DNA from: Amoebophrya sp. A120
Taxonomy: Eukaryota; Protista; Dinoflagellata
NCBI GenBank assembly: GCA_905178155.1
Contig: CAJINV010000011.1
Location: 2,776,485 to 2,840,484, forward strand
Length of the DNA stretch: 64,000 bases
Direction of reading: 5' to 3'
The position numbers and the translations under genes are program-made. Below are positions 32,401 through 44,915 of this stretch, in pieces (within the stretch, counting starts at the first letter, position 1; every line of letters begins with the position of its first letter). The notes beneath the pieces were generated by a model. It was given only the letters and a program-made list of their open reading frames with translations, had not been told where the DNA came from and made no database searches.

Positions 32401-35400
32401 CCTGGCCCGCGAACACGCGCACCGAGGTGTATCCAAGAAAAAAACGCTGTAGGTCTAGGTGTAACTTTTGTGGAGGAACAGCATTACAAATTTGCCTGGC
32501 ATGACAGCAAAAACCTGTCATGCGCAGATAGCACGTAAAAACGCCCTTTAATGGACCCTACGATGCATGCCAAGCATGACAGACGCAATCATGTTGCATG
32601 CTGCGCATCACAAATTTACTCTAACAACGTGCTTTTCTTGGATAAGGTGCTGTGGGACTTCAGCTTGTGTCCCTCGTCAAAGATGCACACGTCGAAGCAG
32701 CACTTGCTTTCTCGCTGCCACTTCTTCAGAATCCGCTGCGGCGATTCCCGGGCGAGAATCTCGTAGTGGCAAATGAGAATCCCGTTGGAGAAGGTTTGCA
32801 AGTACTGCTCGAGTTTTATCAAATTAGAAAAGTCCTCAGCTGTATTTTTCCTCATGGGGCCAAAAAAAAAAAAAAATTGCGCAGGTTTCTATGTATCAGA
32901 ACCAGGCCCACCCTTCAGGAGGTTCTCCGGGATAGAGTGCAGCCTCCGTCTATCAAGCTGCATTGCGATGGTGTTTGAGATACGAAAAGCAGACCAATTG
33001 AAGCCAATCACGGCGGCAGTGCAAAAATAAAAACAGCACACCGTCGCGCTTGAGCAAAAAAGTGACCCCGTGTGGCCACCGTAGCATCGGGAATTGAATG
33101 CAAAAAAAGCTTCTCCCACTGCTACCGTATTTGTACTCACTCTCCTTCCTGACCCTAGGAAAAGCTATGACTTATAGCATCCAAATGAGCTGCTTTTTGA
33201 GAGGGTTCTGATCCAGAACTCCGTCGTGGAAGTTATTTGTACTCATAGCAAAAAAAAATGAGTACTCATAGCAAGGTTTCGGACGTCAAAATCCCAAGGA
33301 TTTTGATCAAAAAAGCAGCTTTTTTTTGCAAAAAAAGCATCTTTTTTGCCTTCTCCGCCTTACAGCCTCGACGGTACCAATCACAATTTTGGCCAACTGA
33401 GGCACTTCTTGGCCATGCTTTTCAGCGCCATACCGTCGCGATGAGTCCTCTTTTTCAAAGCAATCCCATCACTCACAAATAAACAGCGGGTGCATATTTT
33501 CCGAATTTGCCGCGAATTGCTTTCCGCTTGGGCGATGCTGCACGCCTTGAGTTCTGATCTACAAATATGCTTGAATTTTTTTTTTTTTTGCCCTATGAGG
33601 AAAAATACAGCTGAGGACTTTTCTCATGTGATAAGTTTCTTCACGCCGCCACCCGGAATCTCATTCACCACCACCACCGGGAAGGACGAATCTTTTAGCC
33701 ACTCCTTCGCCGACCTCTTCCAGGAGGACACCAGGGACAGGGGCGCGGCGATCAGCACCCTTTCCAGCTTTTTCGTCCGCAAACCGCTGAGGGCGCCGTT
33801 CTGGCTTCGCTGCCGGTAGAGAAACTTGTCCGAGGAGATCAGGATGTTCAAGTACGCGAGTATCATCACCGTTTTTCCCAACCCCATGTCGTCTGCGAGA
33901 ATGCCGCATCCACTGCAAAAGTAATATCGCTACTCTCGTACAGATTTTTACAGTCTGGGGGCATGACAGATCTTATCTACCCGAACCTGCATGACAAGTT
34001 GAAGTTTCATCGTCTACTTTCTTTCTCGAATATAAACCTGTCCTGCAAAGTAGATTGGTACAACTAGTTTACGATACTTATTTCGCAATGCATACTGCGC
34101 CCTCGCCGTTCTTCATTGCGTTGTAAAGCCAGATCGCCGCTTGCACCTGATAAGGGCATATGCATTGCAAACATCCCCGGTGGCTGGACGTCTGCAAACT
34201 TGTGATGCAAGGAAGGGAATAGTAAGCACACTGCAATGCGCTCCCAAGCATGACCAGGTTTTTCGTGGTTCTGCGTTGCGTATTTGTATTTCGCATGGCA
34301 TGAGAAATAAGAATAACTCCATCTTTGCATGACAGGCAAGAGGAGGTCTTCGCGGCCACGCAATACAGAGCGCAGAGTCGTGATGCCACAGTAGCATGAC
34401 AAATCTTGCATTCTTCCTGACCCAGACACATTTGCGGGGCATAGGGTACAGCTTGTCGAAGAGGTTCCGGGAAAACCGCGGCGGATTATGAACTGCAAAA
34501 GTATCGTACTCGTATAAATGCATTACAAATTTCCTCACCATGAGAAATAAAATTTGTAATGCGGATTTGACTCAACAAAAAGATTTGTAATGGATGATTG
34601 CAAGAATACGAATACGATGCTTTTGCACAGGATACGGATAGGCCTTCAACAACGAGTGTTCCTTGTAGAACTTGTCAAAGTCAAAGGACGGACTCGCGGC
34701 GGACTGCAGATTTTGAGGCTTGTTGCTGCCCGCCGCGGCGGCCCCGAGGAGCAGTGGTCGTCCCGTAGCATCATCTTGCAGCTCTTTAATGTGCACAAAA
34801 TTTGTTGTTATTTTGGAAGACGACGAAGACGAGCCACCGCTCGACGAGGCGGCAGCAGAACTACAACTACCCGCAGCTGGACCGTCCTTTTTACTGCCCG
34901 GCGGTGCAGTCGGAACAAGAGCAAGTTCTTGGTGTTGAGAGTTAAAGTACTGATCCACCTCGTCACAAGAGGTTGAATTGTCCAGCTTTTTCTGTGGCGA
35001 GGCGGGCTTCCGTTCTTGATCAAGAAGTAACTCAGCATCGACATCCTTATCTGCTCGTTCTCGTGGCGTGCAGGACGACGGGGAGGAGCGACTTCTTCTT
35101 CTTCTCCTAGCATCGTGAACTTTGATGTCCACCTCTACATCCTCGTCGTCGTACTGAATCCACGGCTCCTCGGGGTTTTGCAGCTCCACAAAGCCCTGGT
35201 CGTCCGCTTCTTTGGGGACTTGAAACCGCTCCCGAATCGCAGCCTCCTTGGCGCGCTGCCGCTCGAATTCTTGCTCCTGCTGAGCTTTCACCTTGTTCTC
35301 ACGACTGCGCCGCTCGTGGTGATCCACGTCCAATCCTTGCACTGCTCCTCTACTTGATGTTCCAGCAGAGGACGATGATGCCTTATCTTCCGCAAGAACA

Positions 35401-36438
35401 GGAGCTCTACCTCGCAGCTCGTCCCCACCTCCACTGTCGTCCCCAGGCTCTTCCTCCGGCTGGAGGGGTGTCCGGAGCGGGTTGCTATGGAAGCGTCAGG
35501 ATCGAAATCGACAAAATCGAAAAATTTATAATGCATAAAATGTAGGGCACTGAAGGCCTGTATTGGGGAGCAGGCAAATGAGACCGATTGCAAGCCTGTT
35601 TAGGGGTATACAATGTGCTGCCAGAGCAGCATGACAGGAGGAGTCTTCTTTGCCGAAACAACATGACAGGCTGGATTTGAGCTCTCCCAAAATTTGTCAT
35701 GCGCAACTTGGAAACTGAGGCTCCAACTGACATCGACTTTGCGCATCACAAATTTTTCGATTTTGTCAATTTCGATTCTGACACTCCCATAGTTGCTGTC
35801 CTCGAAGTATTCGCCTTCCGCGAACCGGTGAAAAGCCGTCTCTTCGTCCTCCTTGTCCTCATCGAAATCGAAGCTTCCCTCGTTGGCAACAGAATTGCCT
35901 CCGAGAACGGCGTGCTATGCATTGCAAAAGTTGTATCGCACTCGTACTATTAACTGCGGTTATGCTTAGTTAGTTATGCATGGCAAATCTTCTTCTCAAG
36001 GTAAAAGTAAAACAGCATGACATCAAAATCCAGTTGTCATGCCGAGCAAATTTGTATTGCAAAATTAACCTTAAGCGACTAGTACGATATTAGTTTTGCA
36101 ATGCATACGTGATCTTCCGCAGTGGTGCGCCGCCGTTTGCCGCTGTTCGGATCCGCACGGAACGCGGTCGCCGCACCAGTGGTCAAGGGACCCGACCGCC
36201 GGTGCGCGATGCCGTTCTGAAAAATGCTTGTTGATGAACTCGAGCTACTGTTGGACGAGGAAGAAGAAGCATTTGAAGGTATTCTTGGCGCACCTCCTGC
36301 TCCACCTGCAGCAAAAGTTGAATTGCTGGATGAGATAGCGCTACTGCTGCTTCCTTGCTGGGCCGCTGCTCCACCACCATTCGCAGCAGAGCACGAGCTA
36401 CTGCTCGATGCAGAATTACCGAAGAGACTGTTGAACAT
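29453..36438 (-). CDS. SNF2-family helicase/ATPase (ERCC6/ERCC6L-like), many introns, C-terminal HPD motif
   Basis: LYPYQ, [88 protein letters not shown]...YRLITRGTIEE across exons. Confidence 0.88.
32817..33633. mobile_element. Long (817 bp) introner-type intron / MITE
   Basis: ~45-bp TIR TATCAMATKAGAAAAGTCCTCAGCTGTATTTTTCCTCAT followed by poly-A/poly-T; direct repeat AGTTT; removal gives GGVKKLEQYLQ. Confidence 0.88.
34159..34443. mobile_element. Introner-type intron
   Basis: TATGC...GCATA ends, direct repeat GGGCA/GGGTA; removal gives the SNF2 motif DKLYPYQ. Confidence 0.8.
35486..35791. mobile_element. Introner, TATGGAAGCGTCA family
   Basis: TIR TATGGAAGCGTCAGGATCGAAAT.../...TGACACTCCCATA; direct repeat GTTGC. 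Confidence 0.85.
35916..36107. mobile_element. Introner, TATGCATTGCAA family
   Basis: TATGCATTGCAAAA...TTTTGCAATGCATA; direct repeat CGTGC/CGTGA. Confidence 0.8.
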
Positions 36439-37164
36439 TCGGTTTATTTTCCGTTTTTGTTAAGTAAGTAGATTCTGAGTCCTTCTAAAGGTGTCTCCTA
36501 TTCGACATGTTGAACTGCATGGAGGCTCAGCGACAGGATAGTATGCACAAGAAATTTTTTTCAGGTTTAGGTCGTCGACTTGCACTTCGGTACGTTGCAT
36601 AATAACGCTAAGAACGTCGCTGACTGTCTGTCCTCGTCGAGTTGGCATATTGAGGTACGATCAATCGGATCACCAGTGGCAATGCTCCATCACGAGTTGT
36701 GAACAAGAGTGAAGAACAGCGAATGTTATCGACGTCCTAGCGCTCTGAAAATCAAGACTCTTCGTTCCATTCTGGGACGGACAACATGGATCTCGAAACG
36801 CGGCTACACACGGTCCGTCGTGAAGGAACGAAAATAAACACCTCTAGCATGATGCAAAAGAAATCTTAATCTATCATGATCGGACAGGAAGCTTCGCGAG
36901 GTCAAATCAAAATGAACGCCCGCAAACAAACAGAACACGACACTGCTCAACAAATATCACAAGACTTCGGTCTGTAATATGAGCGGTAGCAGGACTAGCT
37001 GACGTCAAATAATCGGGTTTTCTGGAAATATGTTAGCTCGTCTCCATCTAGCTCTAGGTCTCAACAAAGCGATATAGAATTCAAATTCATCAACAGGATC
37101 GATTGAATCCACCATCCGACTTGTTTTATTTCAATTTCCGTCCTCTTTAATATAATTCCGCGTC

Positions 37165-39096
37165 TCAGCACTTTATTTCCTCCTTTCCAAACACCCAAAA
37201 TTTGATTTCTGGCTGGTTGTGAACGATCAATGTCCTCTGTACCAGAACATTCCCTCTGTCTCGCAGCGCGCGCAGAAACCGGTGGTCCAGTTGTCGGCTC
37301 CGCGTTTGGTGCGCGAGCAAAAACAGCTGCACGTTTGAATTTTCGAAGAACCACAGAACCGTGTCCACCAACGGCTCCACTAACTCGTCAACCCAGAGAA
37401 TGTCTGCGCCCAGCAGCAGGTCCCGCGACCCGAAAATCTCCCGCTCTTGTTTTGTCAGGCTGTCTAGTCGGGTCCAGTCCAATTTCTGTGCTTGCACAGA
37501 ATGCAATGCAGGTGGTGCATAAGAATTTGGAGGACCACGATGAACTACTTTTTTATCCTGCTGTGAAGTAGAAGCTTCCAAACCCCCCGTCACGACGACC
37601 CTGTCTGGATTTATTTCATCTTTCTCAGTGTCTACTTCACCACTAGTAACGTGAAGATCTTCATTGTGATTCAGCGCAAAGGCGTCCGCGTTCTGCCTCA
37701 GATTGTGCCGCAGATTGGGTAAGCAGTAATCTAGATCCGTCAACACCACGTTGTGCGGCAACCTTGACACGGCTGCGGTGATGCCAAGCAGCCCGGTACC
37801 CGCCCCCAGCTCCAGCACGCGGCGGCTCTGCAGAAGAGATCGGAGATCGAACGTGGTGCTGCTCCCCTTTATGACGCAGTCCCCGGCGTTTGAGGCTTTA
37901 TTTTGCGCTGTTTCTACTTCCTCTGCGCTTAGACGCGGCAGAAGTCGCACTCTCTCGTTATTTTCCCGTGCGAGTTCTTCCTCCTGTTTGTTTGGAGCGG
38001 CGAATGCCAGGCCTTCGATCCAATTTTCGGAATTGCGTCCTCTCGTCCCGTCGCGCCCGTTTCCACGTCTTTCGCTTTCCTGCTTAATATCTCTACTCGC
38101 GTCGATAGTACTACCGCCCGCAGGGGCCGGAGTAGCACTTCTTCCCTCAACATCCTCGGTCACCGTCTCCACTACACTTCTTAAGATCCGCTGCGCCAGC
38201 ACCGCCGCCGCATCCCACACCACCACTCCCGTATCGCCGGTCTCTTGATCCTTGGCTGCCCGCATGTCCGCCTGCCGCATCACGATTTCCCGCCCGCTTC
38301 TCGGCTCGATCAGCTTTTCGGTGAACAGCCGCCACGGCAGGGCCAGTGGCAACTCGCCAGAAGGTTCTTGTTCTGGCGACGCTGACGGTATTCTTGATGT
38401 TGACTCTCCGCGCATCTCAGAAATCGGATTTTCTTGTTCGGGCGAACAAGGAAAGGAGGCTGATGATGAGGAAGTAGTAGTAGAATTCGAATCTGCGTCT
38501 GCATTTGTTCTACATCTAGTAGTGCTCGTTTCATCAACGATCTGCACCCATCTTTTTTCTTCGTCATCGTATTCGAAAACACGACCCGTGCGCTGGATCA
38601 CCTTCCTCCGCCTTGCCGGTTTTTGCGGAGTAGTAACAAGTCTTGTAGGAGCGGAGATTTGCATTTGTTGAGACGAAGTTCTACTTGTTCCAGCCTCTAC
38701 CATTTCTTCTATTGGTGATGGTGTCGTCCTCCGCGCGGCTACGTGAAGCTCTGCCTTGGTAGTTGCAGCTGTGAGTAGCGCTACCAAAGAGGCCGCGAAG
38801 GTCAAGAAGAGGAACGTCGACCCGAAGAGAAGAGGTGAAGGGGCGAATATGTTGGTGTTTACTCGTGGTCGTGGTGCAGCTCGTAGAAGTTCTCTACTAG
38901 TCAGGCCCACGCCCAGGGCAGCTGCTGTTGACCTCTTAGAACAAAAGAACTGTCTGAACCTCAATAACAACACCGGCAATCTCAATAGGGACCTCCTTCT
39001 TACTGCATCGATGACCTTCAATAATTGCGCTGAAAAGAAGAAAAAAGAAGGAAAGGACCCTCGTAAAAAATTGTTGTTCCACAAGCGAAATACCAT
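37165..39096 (-). CDS. Family-16 (METTL21-like) lysine methyltransferase (start uncertain)
   Basis: TGVVVWDAAAVLA, RVLELGAGTGLLGI, VVLTDL, KLDW, LLLGADILW. Confidence 0.85.
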   Translation of the reverse strand: MVFRLWNNNFLRGSFPSFFFFSAQLLKVIDAVRRRSLLRLPVLLLRFRQFFCSKRSTAAALGVGLTSRELLRAAPRPRVNTNIFAPSPLLFGSTFLFLTFAASLVALLTAATTKAELHVAARRTTPSPIEEMVEAGTSRTSSQQMQISAPTRLVTTPQKPARRRKVIQRTGRVFEYDDEEKRWVQIVDETSTTRCRTNADADSNSTTTSSSSASFPCSPEQENPISEMRGESTSRIPSASPEQEPSGELPLALPWRLFTEKLIEPRSGREIVMRQADMRAAKDQETGDTGVVVWDAAAVLAQRILRSVVETVTEDVEGRSATPAPAGGSTIDASRDIKQESERRGNGRDGTRGRNSENWIEGLAFAAPNKQEEELARENNERVRLLPRLSAEEVETAQNKASNAGDCVIKGSSTTFDLRSLLQSRRVLELGAGTGLLGITAAVSRLPHNVVLTDLDYCLPNLRHNLRQNADAFALNHNEDLHVTSGEVDTEKDEINPDRVVVTGGLEASTSQQDKKVVHRGPPNSYAPPALHSVQAQKLDWTRLDSLTKQEREIFGSRDLLLGADILWVDELVEPLVDTVLWFFENSNVQLFLLAHQTRSRQLDHRFLRALRDRGNVLVQRTLIVHNQPEIKFWVFGKEEIKC

Positions 39097-40383
39097 CTTG
39101 CTTCATCGTTGACCTTGACTCTCTCTTACCTTACGCAATTTACTATGTCAATATCATTTTGAGACGCAGAGCTTTACCAGCCTTGTGATTTCGTTTTTGA
39201 TTTTGGATTTTTTTCGTAACATTCTTCTATGATGAAGCTGGTCATACCGTTCTACTAGCCTGTCCAGCGCTTGACCTGGGCTTTCTCGTCGTCCTCGATC
39301 TTCTTGGTAGTTTTCATCATTTTTTTTTTTACCGCTGCTGCTGCCGCAAAAGAAACTCTGACTTCAATTGAATTTCTTTCAAAAATCAATCGTGTGCTCG
39401 CTCGTTTCTTTCAAAAATCAAAATGATCTAACAGAAAGATGATCCCTTACCCTTTGACGATCATCAGACGAAAAGAGATCGAATATGAGAGACTGAATTC
39501 GTCAACATGATCCAAGGGAGAGTGAAGCAGGAGCCCTCCGGATCTTCACCAGCTATGCCTGTGCCTTCCTGATCTTGCGCTGTGAGCAAATATTGGAGTA
39601 GTTGGTATTGAACGAGATACAGATACACGCAGAAAGACACCCGGTGCCGTACCACCATATCCAAGAAATATTGGTCCAATATCTGCGAGGAACAGCAACA
39701 GCTGAATTCTTCTGTCCTTGCTGCAACCGAAGCGAGGAAACAGAAGCTGCAACCCTACGACCGCAGGGGAGGGGGACCAGAAGGTCTCGAGAGAAGAAAA
39801 CGGAGGAGGAGACGCTATCTAGTTCATTGCCCAACCAATGAGTCACATTTCATCTTTGTTTTTCTTTGGGAATAGAATCGGTTCTTTGATGTTATTTATC
39901 GATGGATGCATAATATTTTTGATGAAGAATAAGCTGTAAAAGAGGTCATCATGTCCTACCCATCGTGACATGCTACAGACTACAAGACGACAATACATTT
40001 TAATATTAATTTTTTATTTTATACAGATGAGGAAAAAATTATCGGCTTCGTTGTGATCACACCAAGAAACATTTAAAGGCTGCTGCGGAAGAAGGAGATG
40101 TAAAAAAAAAAGAGGCGGGTACCTCCTTGCGCTAAGCGAGTGAGTACTAAAATTTTGGTTTGCTTTATATACATTAAAGTGAGTTTAATTGGTTTGTGAG
40201 AAAGTGGAAGTGCCGTGAGTGTGACCTTGACCATATATTTGTGGCCTTCGCAAAAGCCGAATATGGAATATATGCTTATGCATCGTGCGTATGCGTATAA
40301 ATATCAGTTGCTTTTTATGCTGAACTACAGGGCGGGTGCGTTACCTTACCGTCGTTTCCATTCGTGTTTCGTCCTACTAGAAC

Positions 40384-41140
40384 TCACTGCGAAGGCTGAA
40401 CCGCGATGGATGCACGTCCACCGCAGAAGCAACTGCCAGGCAGAGAATGAATAACGCGCGCGCCTCTTCTGCCGGCCGCAAAAACTATATATTTTTCTCT
40501 CTTAATCTTCACAGGCAACTCGTCGTCCACGTACACCTCCATAGAAGTCAGAAACATCTTGGCTTTCCCATTTTTGACACCCGTGCGACTCCAACGAAAA
40601 ACCAACTTCCGCTACGTGCTATCCGCAGCCGACGTCCGGAGGCATTTGCGTTTACCGGAGCAAAAACGTCTCCGCCAACGAGTTGTCATGCATAGATTTG
40701 TTTTTCTGCAAGCGTAATAAAATGTCTCCCATGCAAATCTGCAAGCGTAAAACGTCTCTCGTGTTGCGCAGCCCCATGAGGACCATTTTCTAATGCTACC
40801 TGGGACTTTGTCATGCTAGAATCAGGACGAGGTAGTCAATTTGTCGCGCGCTTACACTAGCTGAACCGGACTACACTTCTACGAGCAGCCCACAACACTT
40901 GTCATGCTTGAAAGCGAAAACTTGCGGATTTGTGTAGCAGATTCCCCATCTTCACCATGTCAATGCGGCGCGGAGGTTTTTACCCTTGATACGTTCATAC
41001 TCTTGCTTTTCTGACCGTGGAATAAGAACGCTTACTACATCAAACGTGGGTCTGTTGTTGTTCCTGACGCCATGTTGATTCACGATTTGGATTGTTTTTT
41101 CCACTCGACACGTCGTTTCTCCCCTGGGAGAACAGCACAC
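40384..41140 (-). CDS. Member/fragment of a tandem lineage-specific family (copy C), probably spliced
   Basis: N-terminus CCSPRGETTCRVEK...FDVVSVLIP..EK..YERI shared with 43803-44915; upstream 41100-41410 duplicates 44880-45185. Confidence 0.45.
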
Positions 41141-41411
41141 TGCAGGATCAAAACTCCGAAAATATCAAGGACAGATGCGCCGTCCACCTAGGGCAATGAC
41201 TTGAGTTGTCAGATAATTCCGTTTTTCTTTTTCTTTCATCAATTTACACGACTTGTTTGGCACTTTCACTTTCTGAAACGGAGACGCGGAGGATGTGCGA
41301 CCAACCTTACAAAGAGGCTATTCCAGGCGGCCCAGCGTGATATAATCATGCTGAAGACTTATACATCGGCGCATCTTGTTCTTCTATCCGTAATCAATCT
41401 GTATCAAATAA

Positions 41412-42639
41412 GAGGCCGTGCGATTAATGGACCCCCTTTTCGATACCGAAAAGGGGGGGGTAGGTGCGGTCGGTCGTCTGGCGGGACGTATCCAGACATG
41501 GCCGGGTCCCTCCGGACCCGACCAATTTTCCTTTTCGGACTTCAAATCTAAATCCGCAATTTCCCCGCCCCGGCAAAAAAAAGCTCTTTCGTTTTTTTAC
41601 TGCGGCTTCCCAGCGCGTCTCTCTTCTGCTGCGGTTTCTGCGGTGTGGCTGGAACAGAATGAAACACAACAACAGAAATTTCTTGGGCGCGCGCGGCGCG
41701 CGCGCGGATCGGCATACGGATACAACAACAGAATACGCTTCAGGCGTGCGATGCGCGCGCGCAAACTGAAAAAAAGCTCGCGGCGCGCGCTGGTGCGTGC
41801 GCGCAGCGGAGAACATGCAGCGGAGAACGTGCCGCCCCAGTGGTCGAAGTGGGCGCCTCAGCTTTTCCAAATGCAGGAAGTGCTGAGATGGTCGCTGCAA
41901 CATCCCGAGGCTGGTTGTGCAATGCTGCGTCGCAAGTAGCTGCCTCCTGGTGGTCTATTGCGTGGCAGCCCTGTTTTTGTGCAATAGAGCTACTTCACAG
42001 GAGAAGAAGCTTCGTCATGACGCATTGCGAACCGCCTCCGTTTTTGAGCAGTCGAGCTGCTCCGCAATGGGTCTACCTCTACAAACTGCGCCCAAGCTAT
42101 TGCGAAGCAACTCTTTTTCTGCGCAGTAGGTCCACGGCCTACGTCTACAACCAACTGGGATCGCTATCGAGTTGGAGATGATTTACTCCGGGGCAGCTGT
42201 GCTGCTGCTGGGCTCTGTGAAAGAAAGCCGCCCCCTTTGTTTTGGGAGATCGGGAGCCGGCTTTATTTTGAGAAGCAGAAAGCGGAAGCGAGTCGCTTTC
42301 GCTTTGCTTTGCTTCCCTTTGGCTTTTTTTTTCGAAAAGAAAAAGAACAAACGAGAACTCGCTCCATAGCGTCGGCGCTGTGTACTTTGCGCACTGTAGC
42401 GTGCCTCGCAATCCAGCGAAGCTGGGCACCGCATGTGGCTGCCGCTGCGCTTTTGCAAAAACAAAGCGGCGAAAGGCGTGATGCGCGCCGTGCCGCCGGG
42501 ATTCAGATTTGCGATAGGCTTCGCGATAAACAGCCCCCGGATTTCGAAAAGGGGGGCGTGGGGGGGTAAGCTCGGTCAGATTCCCGCTTCTACCCCCCTT
42601 TTCGGTATCGAAAAGGGGGTCGATTAATCGTACAGCCTC
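41412..42639. mobile_element. Non-autonomous PIF/Harbinger-like (Tourist-type) element
   Basis: ~47-bp TIR GAGGCYGTRCGATTAATSGACCCCCTTTTCGATACCGAAAAGGGGGG; TAA on both sides; the paralogous site at ~45180-45200 is empty. Confidence 0.8.
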
Positions 42640-43050
42640 TAAAACTAACAAAGGTGGCCGTGGTCATGATTACACAAATAACAAACCTCACACGCACAAC
42701 AAATACAAAAGTCCGTGCCATAGGTGGCCGTAATACTCATTGCGTATCCAGTTTACAAAAACGCTGTCCCCCCGCGTCCGGTGTCCAGTCGGAGGCCGGA
42801 GGTCCGTGTAAGCCTTCCACTTCTCGCGCTCGACTTCTATCGCTCGGTCCCAAGCCTTCTTCGGAAGCTGTGGAATGTTAAAGGCACGGATTTGAAGTCA
42901 CTATTTCATTGCAAGTTTTTTTTTATATGGATGTGTTGGCCGGACCTATCGCGGACTCGAGGAGCTCGACGATACGGATATCTATTATTATTGGGTGGGT
43001 TGGGTGAGCAAACAAAATCACATTACCAATAATAGCCGCGTCCGCGGAGG

Positions 43051-43786
43051 TAGTGAGGCCAAGGCGGTTTCTTTGACTGCCCGCCTCCATTTTCCTTACT
43101 GTTCCCACGCATTTCACCAATGGGCAAAGCAGTCGCGTTTTTTGCCTCGAGTATTCCGTCGCGCATAATGTTACTCCGCATGGTGTCGCGGATGGCAAAA
43201 ATCACAGCCAAAGGCCTCCGCCTTTGTGTCTCCCAAGTCCGGAAGCCTTTCCCGCATGCTATGGCCCCGCCAGGGCCTCGGCCAGGGTCGACCCTATGGG
43301 CGCCCCGAATCGGGCCCATAGCATGCGGATTGGCTCTCAAATTTTTGCGGAGTTTGATTCTTTGAGTTTTTTTTGTTGAAAAGTCGCACTTTTTGCCCTG
43401 CTCCCCGCATTACAAGTGCCCGCTTTTGGGGTCGGCTTTGCGACCTCCAAAAGTTGGCCAAAATGGCGCCCATAGCATGCGGATTCGCTTTCTTTTTCCC
43501 GCCGCCAATTTTTGGGCCTCCCTTTTTGGGCGCCCCAAATCGGCGGAAATAGGTGCGCTGGGCGCCTCAGAAGGGCGCCCCTTTTGGCGGCTCCCTTGCG
43601 TCGTTTTATCAAGCGGGAATCGATAGAATCCGCTCGGGCTTGTTTGATTGACTTCAAAGAGCCGGCCGCTTGATAATTGAAAATTTTTTGTGTCAAAAAA
43701 CACTTCCGCCCGCTTGATAACTGCCGGCCGTTTTGCACACTGCCTGTCAAAAAAACCGCTAGGATAGAACGTTCGTGACCTCACTA
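43051..43786. mobile_element. Possible non-autonomous TIR element (TAGTG...CACTA ends)
   Basis: TAGTGAGG.CA...GCGGTTT.TTTGAC inverted at both ends; absent from the paralogous site at ~45550; no TSD found. Confidence 0.5.
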
Positions 43787-43802
43787 CATACAACTTCAAC
43801 TT

Positions 43803-44915
43803 CTATACCTTTTTGTGGGAGTCGTACACATAATCCTGACCGATACTTTTCCCTAGCATTCGACACCCACGGTCAAGTTGTCCACCTGCGGCAAACGGCC
43901 CACCCACGGTTTTTTGTCCAGGCAAAAGATCTCGGTTTTCAAAATACTCCTTAAACTTTTCGTGAAAGAACCCACCTGAACTGGGAATACAGGAGTGAAC
44001 GTTCAGGGTTTCTTCCAGTTGTTTCAGATCGTCTACTGCACCTTGTACCATACTTGTTTGATCAGCAAGATACATTGCTCTGGTGGACTCTGAGTCAAAA
44101 GGTCTCTTCTCGTACTCTTCCAGCTGTTTCGTTGCCTCGCGCAGCCTAGTCTCTGCCGCGTCCAGCCGCTGTTCTTCCTGTGTTCTTCCTGCTTCTGGTA
44201 CTGCTGCAGCTGCCGCAACTGGTGCTCTTGCTGCTGGTGTCCTCATCGTTGCTTGCTGCTGCTGCCTCCCAGGAGCAGGAGCTCGACTTTGTTGGTGTTG
44301 CGCATTTCTACTTCTACCTGCGCTGCCTCCGTCTCCGCCAGAAGTTGAAGAAAACGCGGGGGTGTCTGCTCGTCGACGCTCTTGTGGAGCAGGGCGTGGA
44401 GGTCCCAGCGCTGACGTCGATAGAACCTGCGCGGGAGCCCGTCCCCGCGAAGGGGATCGCGCAGGAGAGAAGGGCCCCAGCTGCCCCCGAGGACGAATTT
44501 CCGGCGTCGCAGAGGTAGGCGCCGGCGGTCTTCCAGCAGCCGCCGAGGGGGGAGCCGTAGTCAGCGTCTCTCTTAATATTGCGGCATCCGCCGGTGGAGA
44601 AACTTGCAGACCGGGTTCTTGTAGCTGACGAGCACCAGTTCCAGTTGTTCGACCAACTCGTGCCCTTGCGGTGGAGTAAGCTGCCTGGTGGGCTGGCGTA
44701 TCAGAGGACTGCAACTGCCCGGAAGGTCCACTTCCGCACTGCGCCTCGTCCATTTCTTCAGGGAAGATCCGTTCATACTTTTCCTTTTCTGACGGCGGAA
44801 TAAGCACGCTCACCACATCAAATTTGTATCCGTCGCTGCCCGTATTGCCACCAGATCGATTGTAGATTTTCTTTTCCACCCGACACGTCTTTTCTGTCCT
44901 GAGAGAACAGCACAC
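43803..44915 (-). CDS. Pro/Arg/Ala-rich unknown protein (family copy B; 5' exon unresolved)
   Basis: 370-aa ORF; C-terminal ~120 aa homologous to 45564-47522 (LDAAETRLREAT.QLEE...LEETL.V.SC...QLDRGC...GQDYVYD.HKKV). Confidence 0.65.
   Translation of the reverse strand: MCCSLRTEKTCRVEKKIYNRSGGNTGSDGYKFDVVSVLIPPSEKEKYERIFPEEMDEAQCGSGPSGQLQSSDTPAHQAAYSTARARVGRTTGTGARQLQEPGLQVSPPADAAILRETLTTAPPSAAAGRPPAPTSATPEIRPRGQLGPFSPARSPSRGRAPAQVLSTSALGPPRPAPQERRRADTPAFSSTSGGDGGSAGRSRNAQHQQSRAPAPGRQQQQATMRTPAARAPVAAAAAVPEAGRTQEEQRLDAAETRLREATKQLEEYEKRPFDSESTRAMYLADQTSMVQGAVDDLKQLEETLNVHSCIPSSGGFFHEKFKEYFENRDLLPGQKTVGGPFAAGGQLDRGCRMLGKSIGQDYVYDSHKKV

Noticed and set aside
43457-43467. GCCATTTTGGC (minus) partial DinoSL match
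   Set aside because: 11-nt near-palindrome inside a TIR element, with no flanking SL sequence.
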